This document shows, piece after piece, positions 28,470 to 40,678 of a stretch of 64,000 bases of DNA. The DNA comes from Octopus sinensis (Eukaryota). The stretch covers positions 96,100,001 to 96,164,000 of the forward strand of contig NC_043000.1 of assembly GCF_006345805.1 (NCBI RefSeq), read 5' to 3'. A model generated the notes under the pieces. The model worked only from the letters and a program-made list of their open reading frames with translations. It was not told the origin of the DNA and did no database searches. How positions within the stretch are numbered: position 1 is the first letter of the stretch; each line of letters starts with the position of its first letter. The translations under genes and the position numbers were made by a program.

Positions 28470-29580
28470 TCTACTATACGCTCAAGACCTGAAATGTTTA
28501 GGGTGGATGGGTAGTTGATTACATCGACCCCAGTGCTCAAATGGCACTTACTTTTCCGATACAGTAAGGAATGAAAGGTAAAGTCAACCCCAGCGGGATT
28601 TGAACTCAGAACGTAAATACCCAGAGGAAATGCTGCAAAACATTTTGTGCAACACGCTAACGCTTCTGCTACCTCACCGCCTTAATATTATTTCTTCCTA
28701 ATTTTGGCACAAGGCCGGCAATTTTGAGCGGAGGGGTTCTACTGGATATCATCGCCCCTAAAACTTGACTGGTACTTTATTTTATCGACCCTGAAAGAAT
28801 TAAACACAGAATTGATCTCGGCGGGATTTGAACTCAGAACAGAGAGACGGAAAAAATACCGCAATGCAAATTGCCCGACGCTCTAACGACTCTACTAGCT
28901 CGCCGCCGTAACTATAAGAAATTTAAGCACAGGGCTTGCGACTATGAAGGAAGGGGAATAGTCATTAAATCAACCCGCAGTTCTTCGTGGGTAGCTTTAT
29001 TTTGTCGACCCAATAAAGATAAAAAGCAAAGACGACTTCGAAGTGATTTGAACTCAGAACAAATCCCGCAAGACATTTTTTTCCAATGCTCTAACGATTC
29101 TACCAATACACTACCCTCTAACAACAACAATAATAATGGTTTCTAATTTGGCACAAGACCAGCAAGTTCGGGGAGTGAGGAATAAGTCGATTACACCGAC
29201 CTCAGTGCTCAACTAGTACTTATTTTATTGGCCTCGTAAGGCTGAGGGCCAAAGTCAACCTCGGCGGAATTTGAACTCAGAACGTGAAGATGGACGAAAT
29301 GCTGCTAAGGCGTACTAAGGATTCTGCCAGCTAACCTTTCTGCTATTTATTTGTATAAGATCTAAAATCTTTGTGGGAGGAGACTAGTCGATTACGTCGG
29401 CCCAGTGCTTGACTGGTGCTTGCTTATTTTATCAACCACAAAGAAAGAAAGGTAAAGTCGACCTCGGCGGAATTAATGATTCCAAATTTTAGCCCAAGGC
29501 TAGCATTTTTTTTTAGGGAGTGGGATGAATCGATTACATCAGCTCCAGTGCACAACTGGTACTTATTTTATCGACTTCGA
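28470..29580 (-). mobile_element. Head-to-tail cluster of about six family-B SINE copies
   Basis: Repeated gcacaag...gtcgattacatcgacc...ggtactta...atttgaactcagaac modules at about 28470, 28697, 28920, 29140, 29345 and 29476, all in the same orientation. Confidence 0.8.
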
Positions 29581-30155
29581 AACAAGTAATCCATAGGACA
29601 AACATTATCAGGGTGAGTTTTGTTTGCCACCAAAATTTTGCAGAAACGACTTTCAAAGAAAACAAACGGTGTGAAAAAGAAAGTAGAGATTTCATCAAAG
29701 ATGACAAAAATTTAGATGAAAAACATTTTTTTTTTATAGAAATAATACATTTCTAAATCTCTCAGAGCTTCCTTCTATGAAACTAAGAAATAAACAAAAA
29801 AAAACATACACACAAAAGCGATTTGATAAACGTTATGAGCGTGGTTGTTTAATAACTTTGGATTTTATAAAAGAAAACAATAACCTGAAACACCATAAAA
29901 ACTATGAATTCTTTATATTGGACAAATATAATAATCCAAGTAGACACCGCGTGAGCAAGTGATTGATATATATTGTGTAGATATGTATCATGTGTGTGTG
30001 TGTGTGTGTTAATATATACAAACACGAATATGAGAGAGACATGGATGCATGTATAGATAGACAAACAAACATTGCGAAATAGGCACTACTTGAGAGATTA
30101 ATATTCACAGTAGATGCATGTGAGTATAGATGTGTATGGGGGGGTATGAGTATAA

Positions 30156-30203
<48 letters not shown>

Positions 30204-30847
30204 TACATGACGGAGAGAGAAGAGTGTGTATCCATGCATATTGCTAAACATGTAAATGAGAAAGAAACATTCATTCACATGTTTACATGCCAAGATAAAT
30301 AACTATTGGAGACTAGAAGTTGTTGATACAATATAGACACTGCATACATACGTATATGCACACACGCACGCATCGTATCACATAGCGATGCACCGACACC
30401 AAAAGATGCATATCACACACACCTAATGTACACAATGCGTGTGTGAAAGAGAGAGAAAGATGGTGCACACAATAATTTCCGTATGGTATTCTTAATAATA
30501 CAACAATGCATGAGGCGAGCAGGCTGGTTGATTGGCTGGCTGGCTGGCTGGCTGCAACATGTCAATCGTACGGGAAAAGTACAGTGTTGTGTGATGCATA
30601 CGAGACAGATATAAATGGGAGTCAGAGGAGCCGAGATGGGCAACAATCACGTATGTCCATTGTTAAGAGCGTAAACTATGAAGAGCAAAAAAAACGGAAA
30701 TCTTCACACAACATTAATTTTTGTTGTTGTTTTTTGTTTACCAGAGTAACATACATTTCCTCGCCACAATTTAACTGGAACAGCTTTTAAACATGTCGAC
30801 GTGCAGCAGCCCTAACCAGCAATTATAATACTAAAGCAATATATATA

Positions 30848-30915
<68 letters not shown>

Positions 30916-31083
30916 TATACATTCACACATACACTACTTTAATACAATACAATTCTAAGCTGCAAAGGGACCCATTAAGAAAAAAACGAGAAAGAACCTT
31001 ATAAAAATAAACATGAGATAAAGAAAATCTACAGTACAAGCTAACTTTAAAAAAATTTTTTTTTATAAAAGGTTGTTCCCAAG

Positions 31084-31123
<40 letters not shown>

Positions 31124-31854
31124 AGATATTTACTTACACACACACACACACACACACAGCAAACTATAAATAAACTAAAAAAATCAGGCGACCAACTTGT
31201 AGTAAGGTGCTTATTTATAGGTATACGTATGTGTGTGTATATATAACACAAATATTTGTTTTGTCTGTATATCTATGAGACGAACAAAGAAAATGTGTGG
31301 CTAACAAGTTCATTTTTTTCCTCTGCACTTTTTTGTAACCAGTCTCGCATCGTCGAAAGCAAATTAATAGCCTTGGAAATCCAAGAAAAGAGGAAAAGCA
31401 AAAACCGTAACAACTTTATGTGTGTACAATGAGTAAAAGTTATAAAGTGACGTAAGGATCGAGAACTTATAAAATTGGTGGTTTCTATAAATGAAGTCAC
31501 TCTAATGATGACTAATTTGAAACCGATTTGACAAGTACCAATGAACGAAACTCTAGGCCCTTGAGTGTTCACTTTGTAACTTATATATATATATATACAT
31601 ACATACATACACTCACGTTTTGAGTTGTATTTCCCTGATCACACACATGCACGCAGATGTGTGTGTGTGTGTGTGTGTGTAACCCTAATACAAACAACAG
31701 AGTAAATAATGATAATCAGAACTCATTATCATGAAAATTGGTTTGATTTTCGATGGAGGGAAGGAGGACTCGAAAGGAAAAAGGTGAAACTGAACACTTA
31801 TGTAAATATACATGTGCCTGAAGGTGTGTGTGTATGGAGTTTGCACACACACAC

Positions 31855-31918
<64 letters not shown>

Positions 31919-33616
31919 ATTGTTTGTGGGATATACATATGCGTATGTAATAATCAGTTATCTTAAGTAAGGAGTTGCACAGCGAGCTAAGGCTATGCAC
32001 TACATTCGACATATATATAACAAAAACTGAACCTTGCATAAGATACATCCCCCCTCTCAATGACCTAATTTCTAATTACACCATTTCACTTCTCTTATTA
32101 TAATTAATCTGATTAATTATTATCATCATTATTTAGCATATTAGTTAATTATTACGATTTGGTAGTGTTCTTTCCAGCGATATCGTTTGATTAATTTTGT
32201 TTACTATCTGAGAATAAATTCAGTGTTAACTGTTAAAAACGATCAGGTTTTCACAATGAATCATATTAAAGCTACTACAGTTTATTTCAAACTTTCGACG
32301 ATGGGGAATGAATATACAAATCAGGATGATATATATATATATATACACACACACACATATATATATTATACATACATATATATATATTTAAATAATTTAT
32401 ACATTGAACTTTATATATATATAATGTTCAATGTGTATATACATATCCTGTTTTTATAAATGTAATGTAGATTATCGTGTGGGTGTGATGTAGATGTGGC
32501 CAGTGAATGGGTATTTATGAATGTGTAGACTAAAATCTACCCCCCCCCACACACACACACTTGTTTTTTTTTCTTTCTTTACTGTGATCTCATGGTACAA
32601 TATACTGCAACCCTCATTCGGATTCGGTCTGACTTCATAATGGAACAAGATATCAATGTTGTTATATTACATATAAATAGATGCTTATAATAACAGATGG
32701 TTGTTCCACCAACTTCACCACCCCAACTTCTTTACCAAAACTGTCGGCTTTCTTATAGAATATGGCATTTTCCCTTCACAACATGAAAACATTTCCTTGG
32801 AAACACCATCAGGTGAAACCAGAACTTCTTAACTAAATCAGCGTCATCATCATGATCATGGTGATGATGATAATACGAAAAGATTTGGATTTTTCTTCTT
32901 TTATTTCTTTTCTTTTGAATATTAATATACACAAAAGAAAAAAAATAGCATCAAAATTAAATGAAAATGGATCGGAGACAAAGACAGGTTTTACATGAAT
33001 GAAATCTGACCATTCCATGGGACAGATCATAGCAGGAAGGTAAACAGAACGTTCCTGCTCACATATCTGGCAAATCCAAACGAGGCAACAAGAGGGTCTA
33101 TACATGGTTAGAAAACAATATACGAGAAATAGCAGCTAAAGCTTCCACATACCACACACACTATCATTTTAAAAATTAGGATCCACACATTCGATACAGT
33201 AGTCTGGGGAAAATTGGCCCTGAATTGCGCGCGCGCAGGCACACACACACACACACACACAAATGTATGCAACACTATGATCAAATCGTAAGGTATCAAT
33301 TTCATGAATAATTAACCACTGAAGACAAAGAAAAAGATAAGAAAGAAAAATCAGATTGATTACATATATAAAAACTCTACACTTTCCGTCAAAAAAATAT
33401 GTAATATATACATGCTTATGCGTGCGCATGTGAGGAGGGGGGATTGTGTGTACATATACAAGAATATATATAGAAATATACACGAATTATATACACATTA
33501 GCCCATCTATACACATAAAAGGCGTGTCCAAATATACAAATACATACATATCGATACAAACACGTGTAAGCATAAGTATATACATATATTATACAGCTAT
33601 CTATCTATCTATCTAT

Positions 33617-33683
33617 CAACGTTTCAGCTGATATATATCCTCCAGCCTGATGAAGACTGGAGGGTATATCAGCCGAAACGTTG
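33617..33683 (+). repeat. Palindrome containing a hammerhead-like core (Penelope-like remnant)
   Basis: caacgtttcagctgatatatatcctccagcCT-GATGA-AGactggagggtatatcagccgaaacgttg. The arms are near-complementary, and the right arm reads CTGATGA...cagccGAAAC. Confidence 0.7.
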
Positions 33684-35124
33684 TGTTAACAACAAATAAG
33701 ATGGGGACAAATATCCGTCAAATGTAAATAATGTACATGATTCCTCATCTCTTAAATATAGAACTGTATGTATATATATATATATATATATATCACGTGA
33801 TCGACCAGACTATCAGATGTTGCTGCACATCGCTAATCACAATGCGCTTCGCCTCAAATGACGCCACCCTGCTGGCTATATATATATATATATACACAGA
33901 TATAAACACACATACATATATCATTACCATCATTATCTTTTAATGCCCATCTTTCATGCTGGCATGGTTTGATAGCATCTGATGTATCATGCCCCAATTT
34001 GTGTTTCAGCATGGTTACTATGGCTGGACGCCCTTCCTAACACCAACAACATTACAGGGTGTACTGGGTGCTTTTTTTTCTTCATGGATGAACACAAGAG
34101 ACATTGCTATTGCTATGCAGCTTGCAACTTAAGATTTCCTTCCACTGAGTATAAGGGAGGTGGCTTTATGCTAAGAGATGAGAGGTTAAAGCATGAGAAG
34201 AGACCAGGCCAGAACAGCTTTATTGTTGTAGAGGTGCTTCCATGGCTATTTATGCTGTAGAAGAAAATATGGGAGTAGCAGAGATAGTACTAGAAAGTAT
34301 AATGAAATAGTGGAGACTAGGTGTCAGGGAAGACCTCAAGATACAAAATGAGTAGAAGTGAGTGAGCACAGAACAGTGGTAGGTAGAGGTTGCAAGAATG
34401 CATGGGGAGAATGAAATGGTTAAAGATGGGGAATGGGTGAGGGGTAAATATAATGAATGAAGAACAAGTGTTGAGGGATGATAAATATACGTTGGAGGGA
34501 AGATAGGTAAGAGTAGGTGATGACTGTAGAGATTGGATAGGGATGAGGGGTGGATGTAATGAACAGTGGACAAGGGATGAAGGTGATCAAATGATAACAT
34601 GAAGTGAGGGGAGAAAAGGTGATGAGTGATAGTACAGAAAGGGTGAAGAGCAGCAGAGTGTGATAATGATACAGTAGAGAGGGGAAGGACGAAAGAAAGA
34701 GCCGTGTGGTTGGATAGGTTGCAAGAGTGGGAGGTGTAGTGCATAGGGAGAGTGATGCATGGAAAAGGAGATATAATCTGGTGGCACAGAAGGGTCATCA
34801 ATGTAAACACTGAGTGAAGAAAGGCAGTATTAAGAATGAAAGAGAGGTATCAAGTGAGGTGGTTCAAGGTAGTGAGAAAGACAAGTGGTATCAGGGAAAA
34901 GCTATTGAAGTATACATTTTTGCTCACATTTAATTACAGCAGCAGATTATTACAGTTAGGCAGGTCATGGAGAGAGTCAGTGATAGAGATGAGTTTTGTG
35001 GTCAGTTTAAGAAGGAAAGTGGGCAAGAGGCCCAGTTGTATGTGTATATGTGTCTATGTATACATATAGATATATATGCATGCATAGAAAATGGACGTTA
35101 AACGATGATGATGATACAGTTATA

Positions 35125-36390
35125 CAAGGGTGGGTACTCAAAAGTGACTGGAAATATTCTCTGTGGAAGAAGACCGTTGTAGTTCAGGCTTCTACTGCTA
35201 CAAACCACTTAATGCAACCCTCAGCCATCAATCTACTGACTGGTGGCATCATATAAAGTCATACTGCTACATGGTGCATCTTTGTTTTGCAGTGCTTCTC
35301 CCCTGTTCATCAATTTCTGCAATGGCTGAAACAAAGGAACAGCAAGCTTCTGTGAAATTCTATTTTCTGCCAAGGAAAATGGTGACTGAAACAGTTGTCA
35401 AGCCTCAAACAGCTTACATGGACATTGCCATGAGCAAAACACAAGTTTACAAGTGGTTTTCATGCTTTAGGAATGGTCACTTGTCGCTTGAAGCTCAACA
35501 TCATTCAGGGCAATCTTTGACCTCCCAAATGAATGAAAATATCACAAAAATTCATGAACTGATCTTGGAGGATCGCCACAGAACAGATGACAAACTTTTT
35601 GATATGAAGCTCCTGCCAACGAATTTTGAGCAAAGAATTGTGAATGAAAAGAGTTGCAGCAAAATTTGTGCCTTGCTTGCTCATGGAAGATCAAAAGCAG
35701 TCACAACTAAATGCATGTCGTGAACTGAAAGAACAGTTGGAAGTTGATCTAGACCTCTTTTCAAAGGTCATCACTGGTGATGAAAGCTGCAGCTATGGCT
35801 ATGACCCAGAAACAAAGCAGCATTCAAGTCAATCGAAACATTTGATGTCACTACAACCCAAAAAAGCACACCAAGTGAAGTCCAATGTCAAGACAATGCT
35901 GATTTGTTTTATTGATGCAAAAGGAATTTTCTACACACAATTTGTTCCTCCAGGCCAAACTGTTACTTGGCAGTTCCGAAGCATTTGTGAGACGCAGTAA
36001 GATGAAAATGCCCCGGCCTGTGGCAAAATCGAGACTGGTGGTTTCATCACGACAATGCACTTGTGCACACCACCTTGAGTGTGAGAGTTTTGACCAAATA
36101 TGGCATGACCCTGCTTACCCACCCTCCCTATTCATCCAAACTTGCTGCCTGTGACTATTTTTTTTGTTCCCCTGAATGAAAAGTGTCCTTAAAGGAAAAT
36201 GTTTTGCAGATGAGGAAGAAGCATCACTTTGCAAGATTTCAAGGACTGCTTTGAACAATGAAAAACATGTCTGGACTGATGCGTTGCTTCAAGTGGAGAA
36301 TACTTTGAAGGCGATAAAAGTGTGAACATGTAAAAACTAAGTGAATAAAATAATATTGCAAAATTCTGGTTTCCTTTGGGTATGCCTTTG
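35125..36390 (+). mobile_element. Mariner DNA transposon, decayed (irritans/Hsmar2-like), transposase pseudogene ~35322-36333
   Basis: Fragments MAETKEQQASVKF, AAKFVPCLL, ITGDESCSYGYDPETKQ, HHDNA, PPYSSKLAACDYF and GEYFEG occur across frameshifts. Degenerate TIRs (caagggtgggtactcaaaag / cctttgggtatgcctttg) are flanked by TA. Confidence 0.9.
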
Positions 36391-37391
36391 TACATACATA
36401 ATGATTCTGGAATCTGTTTCATCATGACAAATGAGTCTCTTCAAATACCACATACCACCACTGGTCATACTGATCATTTCATATATGCATTCATATACAT
36501 ATACACTCACACATTCACATCTAAATATGTATAGATATTGCTCATCAACATATGTATAAATACATATGTACACACATATACACAACATACCTATATATAT
36601 GTATACAGGTATGACATATACATACATAAAAATACACACATACATGTACACAAATGGTGGGGGGAGATACACAGAGCAGAAACATGCTCATTGTTGCCCT
36701 CATTTTTAATAGTATGTCAATTTTAGAGAATTCTTGATTCTTGAGACTATCTCCTCTTCTCGAAGGCAACCCTGGTCACCTACTGTGAAATATAAAAAGA
36801 ACTCTTTTCAGTTTATCATACTTTGATATGAAAAAATCCATAACCTTCCATCTCAATAAACCACTATCCCTGAAAATTGTTTTTAATATTTACTACTCTT
36901 GCTTGAAGCTAACTTTCTTCCTACACCTTGATCTTTGGATCTTTTATAACATACACACACACTTATATACTTACATATACATACATTTATACATAGACAT
37001 CCTCCTTTAATATCCAATTTTGATGCTGGCATGTGTTGGACGGTTTGACCAAAGCTAGCAAGTCAGAGAGCTGCATCAGGTCACAGTTTGATTTGGTTTG
37101 TACAGCTGGATGCCCTTCGTAACACCAACCACTTTACAGTATGTGCTAGGTGGTTTTAACATGGCACTGGCACAAGTGCTTTTATATGGCACCAGCACAG
37201 GACTCTTACAGGAAAATCCTCTTCACCAGGGGATGTGGATTTAACACTTCTGTTGAGGATGGGTTTTCTTGAGTACAGCAAGGTGCCAGGTATCTCAATC
37301 TATTGTCATCTTGTCTGAAAGGTCATCCTTCAGTACTTCATCTCATGTCTTCCTGGGTCACCTTCTTCCAGGAGTTCCATCCACTTTTATA

Positions 37392-38643
37392 TCAGGTCAC
37401 TAAGAATGAAATGTCCCATTTTGAACTGAAAGATTATTTTACTTTATCTCAAAAAAAGCATTGCAGTTAATCAAAGAATGCACCTAAATTATCAACACAA
37501 TTTTGCCATTTTATCAGTAGCTTATTCATGCCAGCAGCGAAGAATTCTGGAGAGCAAGGGGTGATGAAATCATGGAAGGCTGTTATTGCATCATCTTCAG
37601 ATTCAAAGTTTTTTCCTTGCAAAATGTTGTTTAATGACTGGAAAACATGATACTCGGTTGGTGAATATGGTAGATGACAGAGTACTTCCAAGTCTAGTTC
37701 CTGTAACTTGAGCAATGTTCTTTGTGCAACATGTGGTAGAGCATTGTCTTGCAAGAGAATTGGCCTGTCTCTATTGACCAATCTTGGTTGCTTAATTGCA
37801 AGTTTACTCATCATGTCATCCAATTGGTTGATGTATATGTCTGCTGTAACTGATTTACCAAATCTCATGAAGCTGTAGTGGATGACACCAGCATTGGACC
37901 ACTAAATAGACACCATTAGCTTCTGTTAGTGAATATTCTTTTTTGGATTGTGTTTTGGCACTTCATCTCTATCCAACCACAGTGCAGAACAGTAGCTATT
38001 GTTGAAAAGAATCCATTTTTCATCACACATAACAATACAATGCAAAAACGGTTCACTTTTATGCCATGACAGCAAAGAACAGCAAGTTTCAAGATGTGTC
38101 ATTTGATACTCGTTCAGTTCATATGATACCCACTTGTTGAGCTTCTTTACCTTGCTGATTTGTTTTAGATGGCCCAATATAATTGGAAGCGAAAAATCAA
38201 ACTTTGCTGCTAACCCACACATAGTTTGAGAGGTATCCACTTCCACTACAGTTTCCAGCTCATCATTATCCACCTTGGTCCCAGGTCTACCACAGGGGTA
38301 ATTTTCAAGAGTAAAGTCACCAGACCAGAATTTCTCAAACCATTGACGTACAGTGCGCTCATTCGCCACATTTTCACCAAACACCTCATTGATGTTTCGA
38401 GCTGTCTGGAATGCATTGGTTCCACAATGGAACTCATATTTATAAACAACACAAATTTTTGATCTATCCATAAGTTAACAAAAATTGATTTACAAGCAGA
38501 AACTCACAATATAATCAGACACCATGAATTGCATTTCGAAATGTGATGTAACTCTTCAATGTTGTAAAACAAAGAATTGTCAGGATAAAATATCAGAGTT
38601 AACAACTGTCAAACTTGGTGCATAAGAAAATCGGACATTTCAT
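37392..38643 (-). mobile_element. Mariner DNA transposon, decayed (Hsmar1/SETMAR-like), transposase pseudogene 37467-38471
   Basis: Motifs WVSYEL (WVPHEL), MCDEKWI, LLQDNA and HLPYSPTEYHVF (YSPDLAP with a deletion) in two frames. TIR remnants are atgaaatgtcccatttt (37406-37422) and aaaatcggacatttcat (38627-38643). The right end is truncated next to an RTE-tail insertion. Confidence 0.9.
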
Positions 38644-38649
38644 ATATAT

Positions 38650-38832
38650 ATCATCATCATCATCATCATTTAGCGTCCGCTTTCCATGCTAGCATGGGTT
38701 GGATGGTTCAACTGGGGTCTGTGAAACCAGAAGGCTGCACAAGGCCCAGTCTGATCTGGCAGTGTTTCTACAGCTGGATGCCCTTCCTAACGCCAACCAC
38801 TCCGTGAGTGTAGTGGGTGCTTTTTACGTGCC
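38650..38832 (-). mobile_element. Isolated RTE 3' tail (short truncated copy or RTE-mobilised SINE)
   Basis: Near-identical to 5731-5912, including (CAT)n and ggatgcccttcctaacgccaaccactccgtgagtgtagtgggtgctttttacgtgcc. Related tails at about 12590-12737, 21390-21700, 33930-34080 and 47300-47500. Confidence 0.85.
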
Positions 38833-39650
38833 ATATATATATATATATATATAAATATATACATACACACACACATACTTGTGTGTGTATTTAGTGTACA
38901 CTTGTCTCAACACTATTTGGTGGTTGCAAAGAAGCATCATCATACAGGTATGGTTATTCATTCCCAGTCTTCTGTAAAAGAAAACACATCTGGCCATGGA
39001 GAAATATCATCTTGCTTGGAAACAGGTTAACTTCAGGTAGAAAATTTACAGACAACCAAGAAGACATGTGACAAACTAGTGAAGAAGGACATCAGGATGC
39101 TGAGTCTAACAAATGAAACAGAAAAGACTGAAATGATTGCTGATTTGCTGTGCTTGAGAAGATCCATTCATCAAAGCAAAATAAAGCCCTAAAAACATAT
39201 GTCTATGCCCTTTCATTCAATCTGCCCTGATAAATCTCTCCTACAACTCCTCTTTCTAACACTCCACCGTCCTCCATCACTCTTCTAACTACTGCACTAT
39301 CAACTCAGCCACTGGAATTACAAGAGTTGAACTGCTCATTCTTCATCCCCCACTGCCACTCATCCTCCCTGAAATCATTTCTTTTGTCTTCCATGTTCTC
39401 AGTATCATCCGTTGCCACTGTATTTTCCACAAAGTGCCCTTTTCACTGTATGCCTTCTCACTCTGCCAACACCCACCCCCAATACTTTTTGTCATTCACT
39501 ATTTCCACTCTCATGTACCTCTGATCTCGTCCCTAGCACTGTGCATCTCTCTCTCTCATGCACTCCACCATCACACATTTTACAACTTCTGTGCTACCAT
39601 CTATTACCTCCCTGACCCATACTTTGTTTCCCCACCCCCAAAAAGATGAA

Positions 39651-39910
39651 CGTATTAGTACTGAAAATCGAGATCAAGCGAGCTTTTGCCCTTTTGCTCG
39701 ATGTGTGGTTTCCGTCCACCACCTTGGGACACCTGCGTTACCGTTTGACAGACATACCGCCCCAATCAAACTCTCCAACCCACATTATTCTCGACTAAGG
39801 GTCACACATCGGCTGCGTCAGCGCTCGACATGCACCGCATGCTTCACACCAGATAATGAACCACCGCTCGACAACGGCCCGATCCCTTCTCCATTGGGTG
39901 AACGAGGAAA
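39651..39910 (-). pseudogene. 28S (LSU) rRNA fragment, diverged
   Basis: The minus strand reads gagtttgattggggcggtatgtctgtcaaacggtaacgcaggtgtcc...gagcaaaagggcaaaagctcgcttgatctcgattttcagtactaatac. This matches the conserved LSU segment GGGGAGTTTGACTGGGGCGGTACACCTGTCAAACGGTAACGCAGGTGTCC...GGGCAAAAGCTCGCTTGATCTTGATTTTCAGTACGAATAC, with substitutions and a short deletion. Confidence 0.9.
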
Positions 39911-40419
39911 CCACACCTTTACCCACATTGACCATTCAGCTCTATTCTTATCTTTAGTCATCTACTTTTCTTTCATACTCTTGCAAACTTACCCACTCAT
40001 ACTATCCAATTCACTGTACTACTTCTCATATATTTGCTACCATCTTTTTTTTTCCCAACTAGAATAATAATGTATCTCTTCTGCAATACAACACTTGTTC
40101 CAGTCCCTCTATCATACTTTAACTGCTCACCTGGCATAAAACCAGCTCTCTCAATATTAAACACCCACTAAATTGATGAGTTTTCTTTTGCAAGTTATTT
40201 GGTGACCTCACATGTGCTACATAAAAAGCACCCAGTACACTTTATAAAGTGATTGGCATTAGGAAGGGCATCAAGCCATTGAAAACACCAAAGCAGATAC
40301 TGGAACTTAGTGCAGTCTTCTGGCTCACCAGCTCCTGTCAAGCTGTGGTATGAAACTATTTGTAGCTCTTATTTTAATACAGAGTACATTGAATGATATA
40401 TATATACATATATATATAT

Positions 40420-40678
40420 TGTTTGTTTCTTCTCGAGCCATCCCTGGCTCATTAGAGCCGGTTTCCCAGTTTCCTGTGAGCTGCAAGATGCAGGAGGAAA
40501 GAGTGAGAGAAAGTTGTGGCGAAAGAGTCAGCAAAAGTTCACCATTATCTTCTGCCGGAGTTGCGTGGAGCTTAGGTGTTTCGCTCATAAACACACACAT
40601 CGCCTGGTCTGAGATTTGAACCTGCGATCCCTTGACCATGAGTCCACTGCTCTAACCACTAGGCCATATGCCTCCACA
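40420..40678 (-). mobile_element. tRNA-derived SINE (family C)
   Basis: Minus-strand head tgtggaggcataTGGCCTAGTGGttagagcag...GGTTCAAATCT. A related copy lies on + at about 62686-62990. Confidence 0.75.

Noticed and set aside
32241-32266. Resemblance to bantam miRNA (minus strand tgattcattgtgaaaacctgatc)
   Set aside because: The seed does not match UGAGAUC and there is no complementary arm nearby to form a precursor.
34250-34810. 186-aa ORF
   Set aside because: Low-complexity purine/pyrimidine-biased repeat with no recognisable domain.
39558-40067. 169-aa ORF
   Set aside because: Antisense translation of the 28S fragment plus CT-rich flanks.
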